64,000 nt of DNA, taken from Pseudomonadota bacterium. GTDB taxonomy: Bacteria; Pseudomonadota; Gammaproteobacteria; UBA1113. The translations under genes were made by a program, and so were the position numbers. This document shows, piece by piece, positions 30,228 to 41,600 of the stretch (position 1 is its first letter; each line of letters starts with the position of its first letter). The notes beneath the pieces were generated by a model that worked only from the letters and a program-made list of their open reading frames with translations, ran no database searches and had not been told where the DNA came from. The stretch is taken from contig JAJXUV010000001.1 of the NCBI GenBank assembly GCA_021782495.1, forward strand, positions 24,810 through 88,809. The letters are read 5' to 3'.

Positions 30228-31016
30228 TTATCTCCACATATCATAAAAATGATGAACGGGCCCATGCCCCTTACCAACGCTCTCATCTTTGCTATGAAAG
30301 ATGGCATTGAATAAATAGATTTTAGCTTTTCGACACGCTTCTAGATAGGAATGACCTTGCGCTATAAAGCTGGTAATCGCAGCAGACAAGGTACATCCTG
30401 TGCCGTGGGTATTCTTAGAAGCAATTCGCTCAGAAGACAGCAAGACTGCTTCATGGTGACTGACAAACAAATCCTCTGAAGTGGCAGACTCTTCGTGCCC
30501 CCCTTTTAAAAGCACGGCCTTACAGCCCAACGCCAACAATTGATAGGCCAATGTCTTTTTTTCATCGATGCTCGGGACTAAAGTTTTGGCTTCAGGTAAA
30601 TTAGGGGTAATAAGATCCACCATCGGGATTAATTGCGTTTTCAAAACATCTATAGCATCTACTTGCAATAAAGGGTCACCGCTTTTTGCCACCATCACGG
30701 GATCCAGAACAATGGGAATACCCGTCGCCTGATCTTTTAAAAATGATGCTACCAATTTTATAATATCCGCTGAAAATAGCATGCCGATTTTTATTGCATC
30801 TGGTTTTATGTCTTCAAATATCGCTTCGAGTTGTTCTTGAATACACGACAGTGGAATATCATAACAATTTCGTACCCCACACGTATTTTGAACAGGAATT
30901 GCCGTTAAGACCGTCATCCCATAAGACCCTGTCGCAGAAAATGTTTTGAGATCGGCTTGGATACCAGCCCCACCCGATCCATCGAATCCTGCTATAGATA
31001 AACATTTGTACTTCAT
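30228..31016 (-). CDS. thiD: Hydroxymethylpyrimidine/phosphomethylpyrimidine kinase ThiD
   Basis: Starts MKYKCLSIAGFDGSGGAGIQADLKTF, with a C-terminal HGTGC motif; ribokinase-family PfkB fold. Confidence 0.85.
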   Translation of the reverse strand: MKYKCLSIAGFDGSGGAGIQADLKTFSATGSYGMTVLTAIPVQNTCGVRNCYDIPLSCIQEQLEAIFEDIKPDAIKIGMLFSADIIKLVASFLKDQATGIPIVLDPVMVAKSGDPLLQVDAIDVLKTQLIPMVDLITPNLPEAKTLVPSIDEKKTLAYQLLALGCKAVLLKGGHEESATSEDLFVSHHEAVLLSSERIASKNTHGTGCTLSAAITSFIAQGHSYLEACRKAKIYLFNAIFHSKDESVGKGHGPVHHFYDMWR

Positions 31017-31029
31017 AGAAATAACCATC

Positions 31030-31707
31030 CTACCGTAATGAGGGACTATTTGAAAGATTATAAGAATCATTCCAAAAATGCCATTCAAGTACTGTGCTTT
31101 TATAAAACACATCTATCATGGAACAACGTATTTCGTCCGAGGCGGATAGCGCCACCTCATCAAAAATAGCAATCGCATTTTGAACGCTTTCATCAAATTC
31201 TTGACTAGAATAAGTTTCTATCCATCGCCAATAAGGATTATTAGATTTAGCATGAGTATTCTCAGCAACAAATTGACCAACGATTTGATAAACCCAAAAA
31301 CACGGCAAAATAGCGGCTATTGCGACTTCTACAGGAGCTGCCATGCTAAAATATAAAAGATAATTGGTATATGCAAAAGTGGCTAGCGTTAATTGCTTTG
31401 TTTCTTGAAAATGAAAAGTTTCACGAAAGAAACTATGTACAATTTTTTGCTCAGTAGTTAAAACCCCTTCTGCAAAAGCCAAAAAATCTTTCATAAATTT
31501 CAGTGGTGCTTTGGTGGCAATGATCGTCAGTACTCTTGCAAAATCTCGCAAATAGATAGTATCTTGTTCAATGTAATAACCAAACTTTTGCATATCAAGA
31601 GAACCCGCTGCCAATTCTCTATTAAATGGATGCTCTTTTATTGCTTTTATAACATTCGCTGATTTTGCCAATGCGGTCTCAGACAATTTTATCATTTTAA
31701 TCACCAA
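31030..31707 (-). CDS. tenA: Thiaminase II / aminopyrimidine aminohydrolase TenA
   Basis: TenA/THI-4 family helical fold, sited between thiM and thiD. Confidence 0.75.
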   Translation of the reverse strand: MVIKMIKLSETALAKSANVIKAIKEHPFNRELAAGSLDMQKFGYYIEQDTIYLRDFARVLTIIATKAPLKFMKDFLAFAEGVLTTEQKIVHSFFRETFHFQETKQLTLATFAYTNYLLYFSMAAPVEVAIAAILPCFWVYQIVGQFVAENTHAKSNNPYWRWIETYSSQEFDESVQNAIAIFDEVALSASDEIRCSMIDVFYKSTVLEWHFWNDSYNLSNSPSLR

Positions 31708-31725
31708 CCAAAATATCTCTACAAA

Positions 31726-32520
31726 TCATAACACCGTTGATTTATCCACCCTCTCTTTCATGCATTCAAAATCTGGGTTATACAATTGATCTAAGAAAGC
31801 ACTTTTGAAGGAACCGAGATTGTTGTGATGCAATCCAGCTACTTCTCCACACAATGCGAAATAATAAGCACTGACAAGGCCTGCTTCAAAAGGATCGTCT
31901 ACAACCGCTTTAAAAGCAGCCGTCACGGCGGTAAGTGCACAACCCATGCCTGTTACCCCTTGCATGAGTGCAGAACCGTGTGCAATTTGAGATGTACGAC
32001 GGCCATCCGTCACAAAATCAATCGAGCCACTGACAATAACGGTTGATTGATAGTGGCAAGCCAATCGATTGGCGGATTCTTTGGCACTGTCAGTTTGATG
32101 CGTCGATTCAACACCTTTAGTTTCACAAGCTTCTCCGCCCAGGGCTAAGATTTCAGTCGCATTGCCTCTGATCATATCGGCAAAAGGCGCTATCATTTTA
32201 GCAGTTTGCGTTCTGATGCGGGTAGCACCTGCCCCAACCGGATCTAATACAATAGGCTTATGATATTTTTCTGAAAATTGTATTGCTTTTTCGCTTAGAG
32301 AAATGAAAGCTTCATCCAGCGTACCCATGTTGATATAAATCGCAGAGGACATCCGAACCAATTCTTCTATCTCTGCTTCGCAAATACTCATGATAGGCGA
32401 AGCACCGAGTGCTAACAAGCAATTGGCAATAAAATCCATCGTCACCAAATTAGTTAGGTTTAGAATTAAAGGTTTTTCCTGTCTTAATTTAGCTAGCGCT
32501 TTTTCCATGGTGTGAATCAT
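31726..32520 (-). CDS. thiM: Hydroxyethylthiazole kinase ThiM
   Basis: 264 aa ThiM-like; in the thiE-thiM-tenA-thiD operon. Confidence 0.85.
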   Translation of the reverse strand: MIHTMEKALAKLRQEKPLILNLTNLVTMDFIANCLLALGASPIMSICEAEIEELVRMSSAIYINMGTLDEAFISLSEKAIQFSEKYHKPIVLDPVGAGATRIRTQTAKMIAPFADMIRGNATEILALGGEACETKGVESTHQTDSAKESANRLACHYQSTVIVSGSIDFVTDGRRTSQIAHGSALMQGVTGMGCALTAVTAAFKAVVDDPFEAGLVSAYYFALCGEVAGLHHNNLGSFKSAFLDQLYNPDFECMKERVDKSTVL

Positions 32521-32521
32521 G

Positions 32522-33154
32522 TTATACCTCGTTTATAGTGTTAATAAAATGTTGTGTACTTAAATACGGATCGACTGCATCGTGAAAAGCACCGATTGCG
32601 GCGATACCCTTTGCACCTGCTTGCAACACAGACAGAGCATTGCTTGGTGTGACCCCGCCTATGGCGACAATCGGATGCGATGACATTATACTTGCTTTTT
32701 TAAGACCTTCTAAACCCCATATCGTTTCAACATCCGATTTGTTTTGGGTGTGGAAAATCGCGCCCACACCGATATAATCCAGTGGAAGCGTGTTTGCTTC
32801 TTCAATCTGCGCCATAGTATTCACACTTAAACCGATGATTTTTTGGGGACCGAGCTTTGCTCGTGCTTCAAGAGGCTCCTCATCGGATTGCCCCAAATGA
32901 ACACCCGCTGCATCCAGTTGAAGACACAGATCAACATGGTCATTGACGATTAAGGGTATATTGTTCGAATCAAGAAGATTTTTTAAAGATCGGCCAAAAT
33001 GCAACAATTCTGCGCGGCTTAAGGATTTTTCTCTTAATTGTACAGAAGTCACGCCACCTTTAATACACAGCGCGATTCGTTCGAGATAGGCGGATGTGAA
33101 TGAAGATCCTTTGTGGGTTACTAATATCAGCTGACGATCATGCGTTATTCTCAT
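32522..33154 (-). CDS. thiE: Thiamine-phosphate synthase ThiE
   Basis: 210 aa TMP-TENI fold; first gene of the thi operon. Confidence 0.85.
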   Translation of the reverse strand: MRITHDRQLILVTHKGSSFTSAYLERIALCIKGGVTSVQLREKSLSRAELLHFGRSLKNLLDSNNIPLIVNDHVDLCLQLDAAGVHLGQSDEEPLEARAKLGPQKIIGLSVNTMAQIEEANTLPLDYIGVGAIFHTQNKSDVETIWGLEGLKKASIMSSHPIVAIGGVTPSNALSVLQAGAKGIAAIGAFHDAVDPYLSTQHFINTINEV

Positions 33155-33311
33155 TTTTAAAACAAATTGGCGAAGGAATAAAAATTATTTTATCAATTAA
33201 ATATCCAACATGTCAAAAGATCTTTTCTGGCAATATGTCTATAGGCCCTTTTAAAAATAAAAAATCCATGTTATATTTTGTCAGATATATCCTTTCAGAA
33301 TCCGATGTAAC

Positions 33312-34560
33312 ATGAAAACCAGTCCCAGGGCGAAATGTCTTCCTCAATCTGCTCTTTTCAAAACGCTTGCTATCCTGCTGATTATGGGATTTTATTGTTT
33401 AGATTACTTTTACCGGATTTCAACCGGCCTAATAGTACCGGAATTAATGACACACTATAATGTTAGTCCAGCAGGAATTGGATTTTTCGCTTCCGCATTT
33501 TATCTAGGATATGTCTTATTTCAAATACCAGGCGGTTATCTCATCGACAAATTTCCTTTGCAAAAAACGATAGCTATTTTTGTTATGATTTGCAGTCTGA
33601 CCTTTTTAGGTTTCATCTACTCCCATCATTTTTATCTGGGAGTGTTGTGGCGCTTTTTATTGGGGCTGGGTTCGGCCTTATCGTTTGTTTCTGTTCTACA
33701 TGTTGCTCGCCATACTCTACATCAACGCTATTTTGGCTTGATCTCGGGCTTAACGATTGCCATAGGGACTTTAACAGGCTCTTTGATCCAAGTATATATT
33801 GCTCATGCCATTCAATATTGGAGCTGGCAAACCTGTTTAGCATTATCCGCACTACCGAGCTTCAGTATTGCTTTTCTTTTTTTATTACCGTTTTTTAAAT
33901 CTGTCAATACGCCTTTAATTTCAGCTAAAACCAAGCCCATGCAACCAATTCAAAGCCTTCTGCAACTCTCCAGGCAGAGAGGGTTTATTCTCAACGCCAT
34001 TATTGGGGGATTATTTTATTTGCCAACCTCTATTTTAGCTGCTGCTTGGGGAGTCAGTTTATTTACCTTAAGCTATCATTTAAGCAGAACCGATTCTGCT
34101 TTTTGTCTCACGCTATTATTTGCAGGCTGGTCGCTGGGCTCTCCTATTATCGGCTATCTCAATGATCACTTCTTTAATTACCGTTTAACAATTTCAATTT
34201 GCGCCCTAGCAGCAAGCATCGTCAGTATTATAATGATAATTCTACCCCAGTGGGTTAATCACGCAGTATACACGCTGGCCTTTTTAGTGGGTCTTTTTTC
34301 CAGCGCACAGGTATCGGTATGGAATGTTTTTAATAAATTATGTCCACCGCATATTAATGGCATAGGAATTGCCTTAACGAATATGATCATTACTCTAAGT
34401 GCTGCGCTATTCCATGTCCTTGAGGGATTTTTGATTACCTATTACAGTACGATAAAAAGTCATAGTAATTTATCTAATGCAGGCCTTTTACACGGTTTAT
34501 GGATAATTCCGGGCTTATTTATGATATCTGCTCTGTTATCGCAGTTTTTACCACAACCTG
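33312..34560 (+). CDS. MFS transporter (12 TM); true C-terminus uncertain because the ORF-track read-through to 34646 translates the antisense strand of tRNA-Ser
   Basis: Multiple TM helices with MFS-like GxLxDKF motif; the annotated tail AEREGFEPSVRVNVHTLSRRAP is encoded by the tRNA. Confidence 0.65.
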
Positions 34561-34575
34561 CATCTAAGAAAAATC

Positions 34576-34665
<90 letters not shown>

Positions 34666-34705
34666 ATTCTTTAATTTTACAAACACACTATCAACGTTTA
34701 ACACC

Positions 34706-34806
34706 GGGAGGGATTGACTCAGCCTTCACTTCGTTCAGGCTTCGCCCTTCGGGCGCACTTCGTGCGTCCAAAATGCTCGCCGCGCTTCGCGCTCTTCGCT
34801 CGCATT
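34706..34806. repeat. Small GC-rich repeat element (family 4) inserted into a second tRNA-Ser copy
   Basis: GACTCAGCCTTCACTTCGTTCAGGCTTCGCCCTTCGGGCGCAC...CTTCGCTCGC; preceded by the tRNA 3' remnant GGGAGGGATT; inverse copy at 21955-22043. Confidence 0.5.
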
Positions 34807-34878
34807 TTGTCGAACCCTCGGTACGGGTTAACGTACACACACTTTCCAGGCGTGCTCCTTAAACCACTCGGACACTTC
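34800..34878 (-). pseudogene. Truncated tandem copy of tRNA-Ser (5' 72 nt retained, T-arm and acceptor 3' end displaced by a repeat insertion)
   Basis: Identical to the intact tRNA from nt 1 to the T-stem except G6A (CACTTCTCC against CACCTCTCC); diverges exactly at TCGAA|CCC. Confidence 0.6.
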
Positions 34879-34954
34879 TCCTAAACAGCAAGCAAGGATA
34901 AACGAATTGGCGAAATTTTACAACTCTAGGTGATTATTTTTTGCTCACGATAAT

Positions 34955-35311
34955 TTATTTTCCCGAAAATGGTCTACCATCGAAAAACAACTCGATCTTA
35001 GCAATCAATTGATCTTTAAATTCCATCAAAACAGCCGCTCTCAATTTTAAAATAGGCTCAGGAAATATAAAATCATAGGCCAGCATAATGCGATTATCCA
35101 TCGCAAATTTAGCCCGTATCTCTATGTCTTGCAATGTTTGACTTAAATTTTTCGCGGACGACATCACAGCGGCTCTCCCTGACATTTCGGCCAGTGGGCT
35201 AAGGAAAGAAACGGCTGGATGCACGCAATTTTCCATAGCCTCAAAGTTTTTATCTAATAAGTAGCGATAATAATGCAGCGCCACTTCTAAATTTTGTTCT
35301 CTTGTATTCAT
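34955..35311 (-). CDS. SnoaL/NTF2-like fold protein
   Basis: 118 aa, small alpha+beta cone-fold type sequence; weak call. Confidence 0.45.
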   Translation of the reverse strand: MNTREQNLEVALHYYRYLLDKNFEAMENCVHPAVSFLSPLAEMSGRAAVMSSAKNLSQTLQDIEIRAKFAMDNRIMLAYDFIFPEPILKLRAAVLMEFKDQLIAKIELFFDGRPFSGK

Positions 35312-35366
35312 GATTCCCCTCCCCTATAATGTAAGTGCCCTGATATCTTAATATAAGGACCCTGAT

Positions 35367-35819
35367 ATGTCAAGCCTCCAAAATAGCAAACTAAGCTCAT
35401 TGGGTTATACCTTAAAACAGACCCAACATCGGCTGCGTATGGCGATGGACGAAGCGCTCAGGCCCTTAGGACTCACTACGCCGCAATATGCCGTTCTGGG
35501 CCAGTTGAAATTAAAGCCAGGGGTATCCAATGCTGCTTTAGCCCGAGCTTCCTTCATTACTGCTCAAACCATGCATAGTATTGTGACCCATTTAGAAAAA
35601 AATAATTTAGTGAAACGAAAATGCGATCCAAAGCACGGTAGAATTCTGTGCACGGAATTAACCAAGCAGGGCGAAATGCTCGTGGAAAAAGCCTATAAAA
35701 TAATCATCAAGGTTGAAGCCGCTATGGTAGCTACTTTAAGTCCAGATCGCGTCGCTTTATTGGAAGGATTATTGTTAGAGTGTTTTAACAATCTTAGTCC
35801 AGTGGATGTAAACGAATAA
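35367..35819 (+). CDS. MarR family transcriptional regulator
   Basis: 150 aa; winged-HTH MarR pattern (LTTPQYAVLGQL...). Confidence 0.8.
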   Translation: MSSLQNSKLSSLGYTLKQTQHRLRMAMDEALRPLGLTTPQYAVLGQLKLKPGVSNAALARASFITAQTMHSIVTHLEKNNLVKRKCDPKHGRILCTELTKQGEMLVEKAYKIIIKVEAAMVATLSPDRVALLEGLLLECFNNLSPVDVNE

Positions 35820-37415
35820 TCACGCATCCATATAACTTTTCTCAAAATGCTCAAAAGTCCCTTTAAAATCGTGCAAACCTTTGGTATGGGATATGCACAA
35901 AACGCGATTCACAATATGTGCCATAAAATCTCTGTCGTGACTCACTAAAATCACCGTGCCTGGAAAATGATGCAAGGCTTCGGCCAAAGCAGTTTTGGCC
36001 TCTATGTCTAAATGGTTTGTGGGTTCATCCAAAATCAATACATTCGCGTGTTCCAGCATAATTTTCGCCAACAATAAGCGCGCAGCCTCACCCCCGCTTA
36101 AACTTAAAATGTCTTTTTCCACATCGTCTTTTGGAAACAACATTTGTCCCAAAGCCCGACGCACTTGTTGTTCATTGGCATCGCTGACTTGTCCTGTCAA
36201 CCAATCCAATACCCGCATCGATTGATTTAACAATTCGTGGTGATCTTGGGAGAAATAACTGACATGGGTCTCGTAGCCCCATTCGTATTGCCCCGAATCT
36301 TGTGTTATTAACCCTTGCACTATTTTAATGAGGGTGGATTTCCCCACACCATTTTCACCGACAATGGCAATTTTTTCCCCCTTCCCGACATTAAAATTCA
36401 ATCGGTTAAAGAGTTTTCTATCTTGATAAGATTTTCCTAATTCCTTTACTTGCAAAACATTCTTTCCGGAAGAACGTTTTGGTTTAAAATGAAAAGAAGG
36501 GCTGATTCTAGAGGAATGTTTAATGTCTGGAATTTCCAATTTCTCAATCATTTTAATACGCGATTGCGCCTGCTTGGCTTTAGAGGCTTTACTTTTAAAT
36601 TTATCGACAAAAACTTGCATGGCCGCAATTTTTTGCTCTACGCTTTTTTTAGCTTGCAATTTTTGTTCTTCTATTAATTTTTTCTCGGCTAAAAATTTAT
36701 CGTATTGACCACTGTATTGATTGATTTCACCATAATCGATGTCTAAAATATAATCCGCCAACCGATTAATAAAGCGAACATCGTGAGAAATCACCAAGAC
36801 CAAGCCTTTAAATTCATTGTTTAAATACCTTTCCAACCACTGAATAGAAAGAATATCCAAGTGATTGGTGGGTTCATCCAACAACAAGAGATCGGGTTCT
36901 TGAAATAAAGTTTGTGCCAACAACACTCGAAGTTTGTAGCCTCCCGACAAAGCATTCAAAGGTTTTTGGTGGTATTGGCTTTCTATGCCCAAGCCCAACA
37001 ATAATTTTTCTGCCATGGCATAAGCCGCATAACCATCTAAATGCGAAATAGTGTCTTCCAAACGACTTAATTTATTAACCACCGCCTCTGTCCAATCTTC
37101 CGAGGCCAACAATTTTTCTTTTTCTTCCAAAGCGCGCCACAATGCTGGTTTGCCTTGCAAAACGATGTTGGTAATACAGGTATTTTCATATCGAAACTGA
37201 TCTTGCTTCAACCAACCCACAACCAATTCTTTTGGAATAGAAATAGTCCCTGAGACAGGCGTTTCTTCTCCTGTAATGAGTTTAAATAAAGTCGATTTCC
37301 CTGTGCCATTGGCACCCACCACCGCGTAGTGTTTTTGTGGGCTTAAATAGAGATCTACCTCAAAAAACAAAAGTTTTTCGCCAAAGGACATGCTTAATTG
37401 TTGTAATGAAATCAT
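35820..37415 (-). CDS. ABC-F family ATPase (YbiT-like; two tandem ABC domains, no TMD)
   Basis: Two Walker A motifs (GANGTGKST / GENGVGKST), two LSGG signatures, and an inter-domain linker. Confidence 0.85.
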   Translation of the reverse strand: MISLQQLSMSFGEKLLFFEVDLYLSPQKHYAVVGANGTGKSTLFKLITGEETPVSGTISIPKELVVGWLKQDQFRYENTCITNIVLQGKPALWRALEEKEKLLASEDWTEAVVNKLSRLEDTISHLDGYAAYAMAEKLLLGLGIESQYHQKPLNALSGGYKLRVLLAQTLFQEPDLLLLDEPTNHLDILSIQWLERYLNNEFKGLVLVISHDVRFINRLADYILDIDYGEINQYSGQYDKFLAEKKLIEEQKLQAKKSVEQKIAAMQVFVDKFKSKASKAKQAQSRIKMIEKLEIPDIKHSSRISPSFHFKPKRSSGKNVLQVKELGKSYQDRKLFNRLNFNVGKGEKIAIVGENGVGKSTLIKIVQGLITQDSGQYEWGYETHVSYFSQDHHELLNQSMRVLDWLTGQVSDANEQQVRRALGQMLFPKDDVEKDILSLSGGEAARLLLAKIMLEHANVLILDEPTNHLDIEAKTALAEALHHFPGTVILVSHDRDFMAHIVNRVLCISHTKGLHDFKGTFEHFEKSYMDA

Positions 37416-37639
37416 AATGGATGGCTAATATAATTTAAAAAGACACAGTATACACTTTATTCAAAGAAAAATCCCTCTATACTCTTCGCAATTGATTTTT
37501 CGGTGTTGTTGGCTACGCTCACTCGCAAAAGTCATGTAGGGTACTACACTCCTTTTGCTCGAGAGCTTGCTGCCTAACCTAAAAACCAATTGCTGTGAGT
37601 ACATTTGACAGCAAACAGACAGGTTTTGAATCATAGCGA

Positions 37640-39580
37640 CTAATCGGAAACAGCTTCTTCTTCTAAGAAATTACGTAAATTATCAGAACGTATGGGATGA
37701 CGCAATTTACGCAAGGCCTTAGCTTCAATTTGACGAATACGTTCACGGGTCACATCAAACTGCTTACCCACTTCTTCTAAAGTATGATCCGTATTCATAT
37801 CAATACCAAAACGCATACGCAATACTTTCGCTTCTCTGGGCGTTAGGCTATTCAAGACAGCTTGTACCGCTTCTCTTAAGCCTTCACTCGTCGCATTCTC
37901 TATAGGCGACACCGTCATCAAATCTTCGATAAAATCCCCCAAACTGGAATCTGCATCTTCATCGCCAATCGGCGTTTCCAAAGAAATCGGTTCTTTGGCA
38001 ATCTTCATCACCTTACGCACTTTGTCTTCAGGCATGAGTAAGCGTTTGCTCAATTCTTCAGGAGTGGCTTCCATCCCCGTTTCTTGAAGGATTTGTCGAC
38101 TGACTCGGTGAAGTTTATTGATGGTTTCAATCATGTGCACCGGAATACGGATCGTACGTGCTTGATCGGCAATAGCACGCGTAATCGCTTGACGTATCCA
38201 CCAGGTTGCATACGTTGAAAACTTATAACCACGTCGGTATTCAAATTTATCCACTGCTTTCATCAAACCAATATTGCCTTCTTGGATCAAATCCAAGAAT
38301 TGCAAGCCACGGTTGGTGTATTTCTTGGCAATCGAAATCACCAAACGTAAATTGGCTTCGATCATTTCTCGTTTAGCACGTCTGGCTTGTGATTCACCGA
38401 TAGACATGCGTCGGTTAATTTCTTTAATGTCTTGTGTGCTCAAAAACAAGCTTTCTTCTAAGACCAATAAGTTCTTTTGAGCGCGCACAATTTCGCGACT
38501 GTAAAATTTCAATCGATTTGAAAAAGGTTCGCCGCTGGCAATAATATCTTCTACCCAAGTTAAATTGGTTTCATTGGAAGGAAATGATTTTAAAAATACC
38601 TCTTTAGGCATACGTGCTTTATTCACACACACGTCTAAGATAAAGCGTTCTTGCGTACGAACATCTTGCAATAAGGTTCTTAAAGTATGGCTGATTTTCT
38701 CAAATTGCTTTGGCGCTAATTTTAGATTGATCACTTCATCCGATAAAGCGCGACGCCACTTTTGAGCAGTTTTATGTTTCTTACCATATTTTTTAGTAGC
38801 TTCCAGAGCGGAATGACACAGTTTTTCAATTTTAGCAAAACGTTCACGCACAATCGACACATCAGGACCGGTGTCTTCAGAAAAAGTACCACTGCCACTA
38901 TCCTCTTCATCTTCTTCGTCAACACTGACGTCGACAGCGCTATCCGCCACCGCTTCTTCAGCAACGGTATCTGTATCCACGACGACGGCTACGGCCGCTT
39001 CTTCACTATTCTCTAAATCTGCGAAACCGGTCAACAAATCACTGAAATTCACATTATCGCTTTGTTCTATATTATGGTATTCATCCACTAAGAATTTTAC
39101 AACCTCCGGATTTTCAGCCAATACGGCTAAGACCATACGCAAACCGTCTTCAATACGACGGGCAATTGCAATTTCCCCTTGACGGGTTAAGAGTTCTACA
39201 TTTCCCATTTCACGCATGTACATACGGACTGGATCGGAAATGCGTGCTGTTTCGGCGATGTGGAAACTCGAGAATTGTTCGGTCACTTCATCAACGGAGC
39301 TGTCATCGTCCACAGCGGGAACCGCGCCGCCTGCCATTAATAAGGTTTCATCGGCTGTAGGCGCTCTGTCCATCACTTGAATACCGAACTCAGCGAACAA
39401 ACTTAATAAAGGTTCTAATTCAAATTCAGGCGGAAGTATGTCACAAATTTCAGATTCGGTCAGAAATCCTCTTTCTCGACCTTTTTCAATCAATAATTTT
39501 AGTTGCGATTTTTGTTTTTCTTCCTGGCTAACAAAATCGGCCGCTGGGGGGAGGGTGTATTTATCAGTTTCGGTGGCCAT
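37640..39580 (-). CDS. rpoD: RNA polymerase sigma-70 factor RpoD
   Basis: Regions 1.1-4.2, including the acidic non-conserved region; start trimmed to MATETDK. Confidence 0.95.
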   Translation of the reverse strand: MATETDKYTLPPAADFVSQEEKQKSQLKLLIEKGRERGFLTESEICDILPPEFELEPLLSLFAEFGIQVMDRAPTADETLLMAGGAVPAVDDDSSVDEVTEQFSSFHIAETARISDPVRMYMREMGNVELLTRQGEIAIARRIEDGLRMVLAVLAENPEVVKFLVDEYHNIEQSDNVNFSDLLTGFADLENSEEAAVAVVVDTDTVAEEAVADSAVDVSVDEEDEEDSGSGTFSEDTGPDVSIVRERFAKIEKLCHSALEATKKYGKKHKTAQKWRRALSDEVINLKLAPKQFEKISHTLRTLLQDVRTQERFILDVCVNKARMPKEVFLKSFPSNETNLTWVEDIIASGEPFSNRLKFYSREIVRAQKNLLVLEESLFLSTQDIKEINRRMSIGESQARRAKREMIEANLRLVISIAKKYTNRGLQFLDLIQEGNIGLMKAVDKFEYRRGYKFSTYATWWIRQAITRAIADQARTIRIPVHMIETINKLHRVSRQILQETGMEATPEELSKRLLMPEDKVRKVMKIAKEPISLETPIGDEDADSSLGDFIEDLMTVSPIENATSEGLREAVQAVLNSLTPREAKVLRMRFGIDMNTDHTLEEVGKQFDVTRERIRQIEAKALRKLRHPIRSDNLRNFLEEEAVSD

Positions 39581-39812
39581 AGAATTTTCATCCACATTGT
39601 TTAGGTTAATAAGGTACACGTTTTGCATTTTGGGGATAAACACAAAGCATGCGTTCTTTATTGTGCTCATTAATAGTATAGTTCAAGCACGACGTATATT
39701 TTTTTATCTTAACGTTTAAACTTTAATACATATCTTCATTTTGTCAAGGAAAATAGGGGGTTTTTTGCAAAATTTATTAGGCTAAATTATAACTAGTTGA
39801 TTCTCTTCATCT

Positions 39813-41561
39813 TTATTTTTTAGATTCTTCTGTATTTTTTTGTTGTTGTATCAAAGTCTGCCAACGCATTTTTTCTTCTGCACTTAAGCCTTCCTGACTC
39901 GCCTTTTGCCACAAGCGCTCAATCGCTTGTTCTATAGCCAATTTTTGCAAATACAATAAAATACCTTTGAACTCAGCTTGCACACCTGTTTCAGGAATCA
40001 TCAATTCTTCCGCCGCTAAGCGTTCTAAATAACGGCCTTCCGTTTTATCACGCCAATGTTCTAACAAACTGGCTGTTGTTTGTGCGCTATGTGTTTGTAA
40101 ATACGTGACAATCGCGCCAAACAATTCGATGCCTGCGACCACGACTTCTTCAAAAATGTTTTTGTTTTCAATGTATTGGACCAAATGTGGGTATTGTACC
40201 AACAAAGCAACGCCCAAACGCAATGGTGTTTTGCGCGCATGACTCGTTTCAACTCTTTGATGTGGGGTCGATTCTTCTTGGGTCGCTACTATTTTTTGGA
40301 CGGAAATTAAACTTAAATGGGTTTTTTTAGCCAATTCATCTAGCATTAAGGTTCTAAAAGCCCCCGCAGGCAGCTTTTCTAATAAGGGATTGGCTAGACT
40401 GACCAATTTAGCCCGACCATCTGGTGTTTCTAAATTCAAAGATCCACTTAAATGCTTGAAAAAAAAGGAAGACAAAGGCAGAGCTTGATTTAAATAGCCC
40501 TCGAAGGCTTCTTTCCCCTGGCTACGCACCAAACTATCCGGGTCTTCGCTCTGGGGCAGAAAGATAAACTTCACTTCACGACCATCGCTTAAAGCTGGCA
40601 GAGCCGTTTCTAAGGCTCGCCAGGCCGCTTTTTGGCCCGCATTGTCTCCATCAAAGCAAAAAATGACTTGGGTTGTCAGCCGAAAGAGTTTTTGCAAGTG
40701 TTCTCCGGTCGTGGCGGTTCCTAAAGTCGCCACCACATTGGCAATACCATGCTGTGACAAGGCTATCACGTCCATGTAGCCTTCCACCACAATCAAGTAC
40801 TCTAAAGTACGCGTCGCTTGTTCAGCTTCGTAGAGGCCATATAATTCTCCTCCTTTGTGGAATACAGGTGTTTCTGGAGAATTTAAATACTTAGGCTCTA
40901 CATCCGGACTCATACTTCGCCCCCCAAAACCCAGAGGTCGACCACGGCGATCGCGGATTGGAAAAATTAATCGGGCTCGAAACCGATCGTACTCTCTTCC
41001 GTGTTCAGAACGCAGACTCAAACCCACCGCAGCAATGGATTCAGAAGAAAATTTCTTATCCATCAAATGATGGTGTAAACGATCCCACTGTCCCGGCGCG
41101 ACACCTAAAGCAAAGCGTTGTGCAGTTTGTGCATCGATACCGCGTTTTTGTAAATAGGCTTTTGCTGTTTCGTTTTGTTCCAATTCACGCCGGTAAAAAT
41201 CCATGGCAGCACGCAAGACATCGTATAAAGACGTGTGTTTGGCTTGTTTGGCCTGGTATTCATCTTGAGGAACACTTAAACCCAAGCGAGCGGCCAACAT
41301 GTCCACAGCCTCTAAAAAACTTTTGCGCGAATAATTCATTAAAAAAGAAATGACATTGCCGCTGGCGCCACAACCAAAGCAATGGTAAAATTGTTTTTGA
41401 CTGTTGACCGAAAAGGAAGGCGTTTTTTCATTGTGAAAAGGGCAACACGCCACAAAATGGCGGCCTGCTTTTTTTAAAGGGACATAAGCATCGATCAATT
41501 GCACGATGTCTGTTCGTAGGACTAATTCTTGAATAAAAGACTCTGGGATACGGTTAGACAT
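39813..41561 (-). CDS. dnaG: DNA primase DnaG
   Basis: Zinc ribbon CCPFHNEKTPSF, TOPRIM domain and C-terminal helicase-binding domain. Start set at MSNRIPESF; the 19-aa extension in the ORF track (..VIPAFAGMTE..) is translation of a REP palindrome. Confidence 0.95.
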   Translation of the reverse strand: MSNRIPESFIQELVLRTDIVQLIDAYVPLKKAGRHFVACCPFHNEKTPSFSVNSQKQFYHCFGCGASGNVISFLMNYSRKSFLEAVDMLAARLGLSVPQDEYQAKQAKHTSLYDVLRAAMDFYRRELEQNETAKAYLQKRGIDAQTAQRFALGVAPGQWDRLHHHLMDKKFSSESIAAVGLSLRSEHGREYDRFRARLIFPIRDRRGRPLGFGGRSMSPDVEPKYLNSPETPVFHKGGELYGLYEAEQATRTLEYLIVVEGYMDVIALSQHGIANVVATLGTATTGEHLQKLFRLTTQVIFCFDGDNAGQKAAWRALETALPALSDGREVKFIFLPQSEDPDSLVRSQGKEAFEGYLNQALPLSSFFFKHLSGSLNLETPDGRAKLVSLANPLLEKLPAGAFRTLMLDELAKKTHLSLISVQKIVATQEESTPHQRVETSHARKTPLRLGVALLVQYPHLVQYIENKNIFEEVVVAGIELFGAIVTYLQTHSAQTTASLLEHWRDKTEGRYLERLAAEELMIPETGVQAEFKGILLYLQKLAIEQAIERLWQKASQEGLSAEEKMRWQTLIQQQKNTEESKK

Positions 41562-41573
41562 ATCTTTCGGTTC

Positions 41574-41600
41574 TGTCATCCCTGCGAAAGCAGGGATAAC
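41574..41600. repeat. REP-like 27-bp palindrome TGTCATCCCTGCGAAAGCAGGGATAAC (family also at 55288-55315 and 60969-60990)
   Basis: Stem CCCTGC/GCAGGG with tetraloop GAAA; three copies in the window. Confidence 0.55.

Noticed and set aside
33155-33311. Expected TPP riboswitch upstream of thiE
   Set aside because: No CUGAGA / THI-box core is recognisable on either strand; it is left as an open question in findings rather than called as a feature.
38871-39182. Ser/Thr-rich 103-aa ORF on the plus strand
   Set aside because: Antisense to the acidic non-conserved region of rpoD; a compositional artefact.
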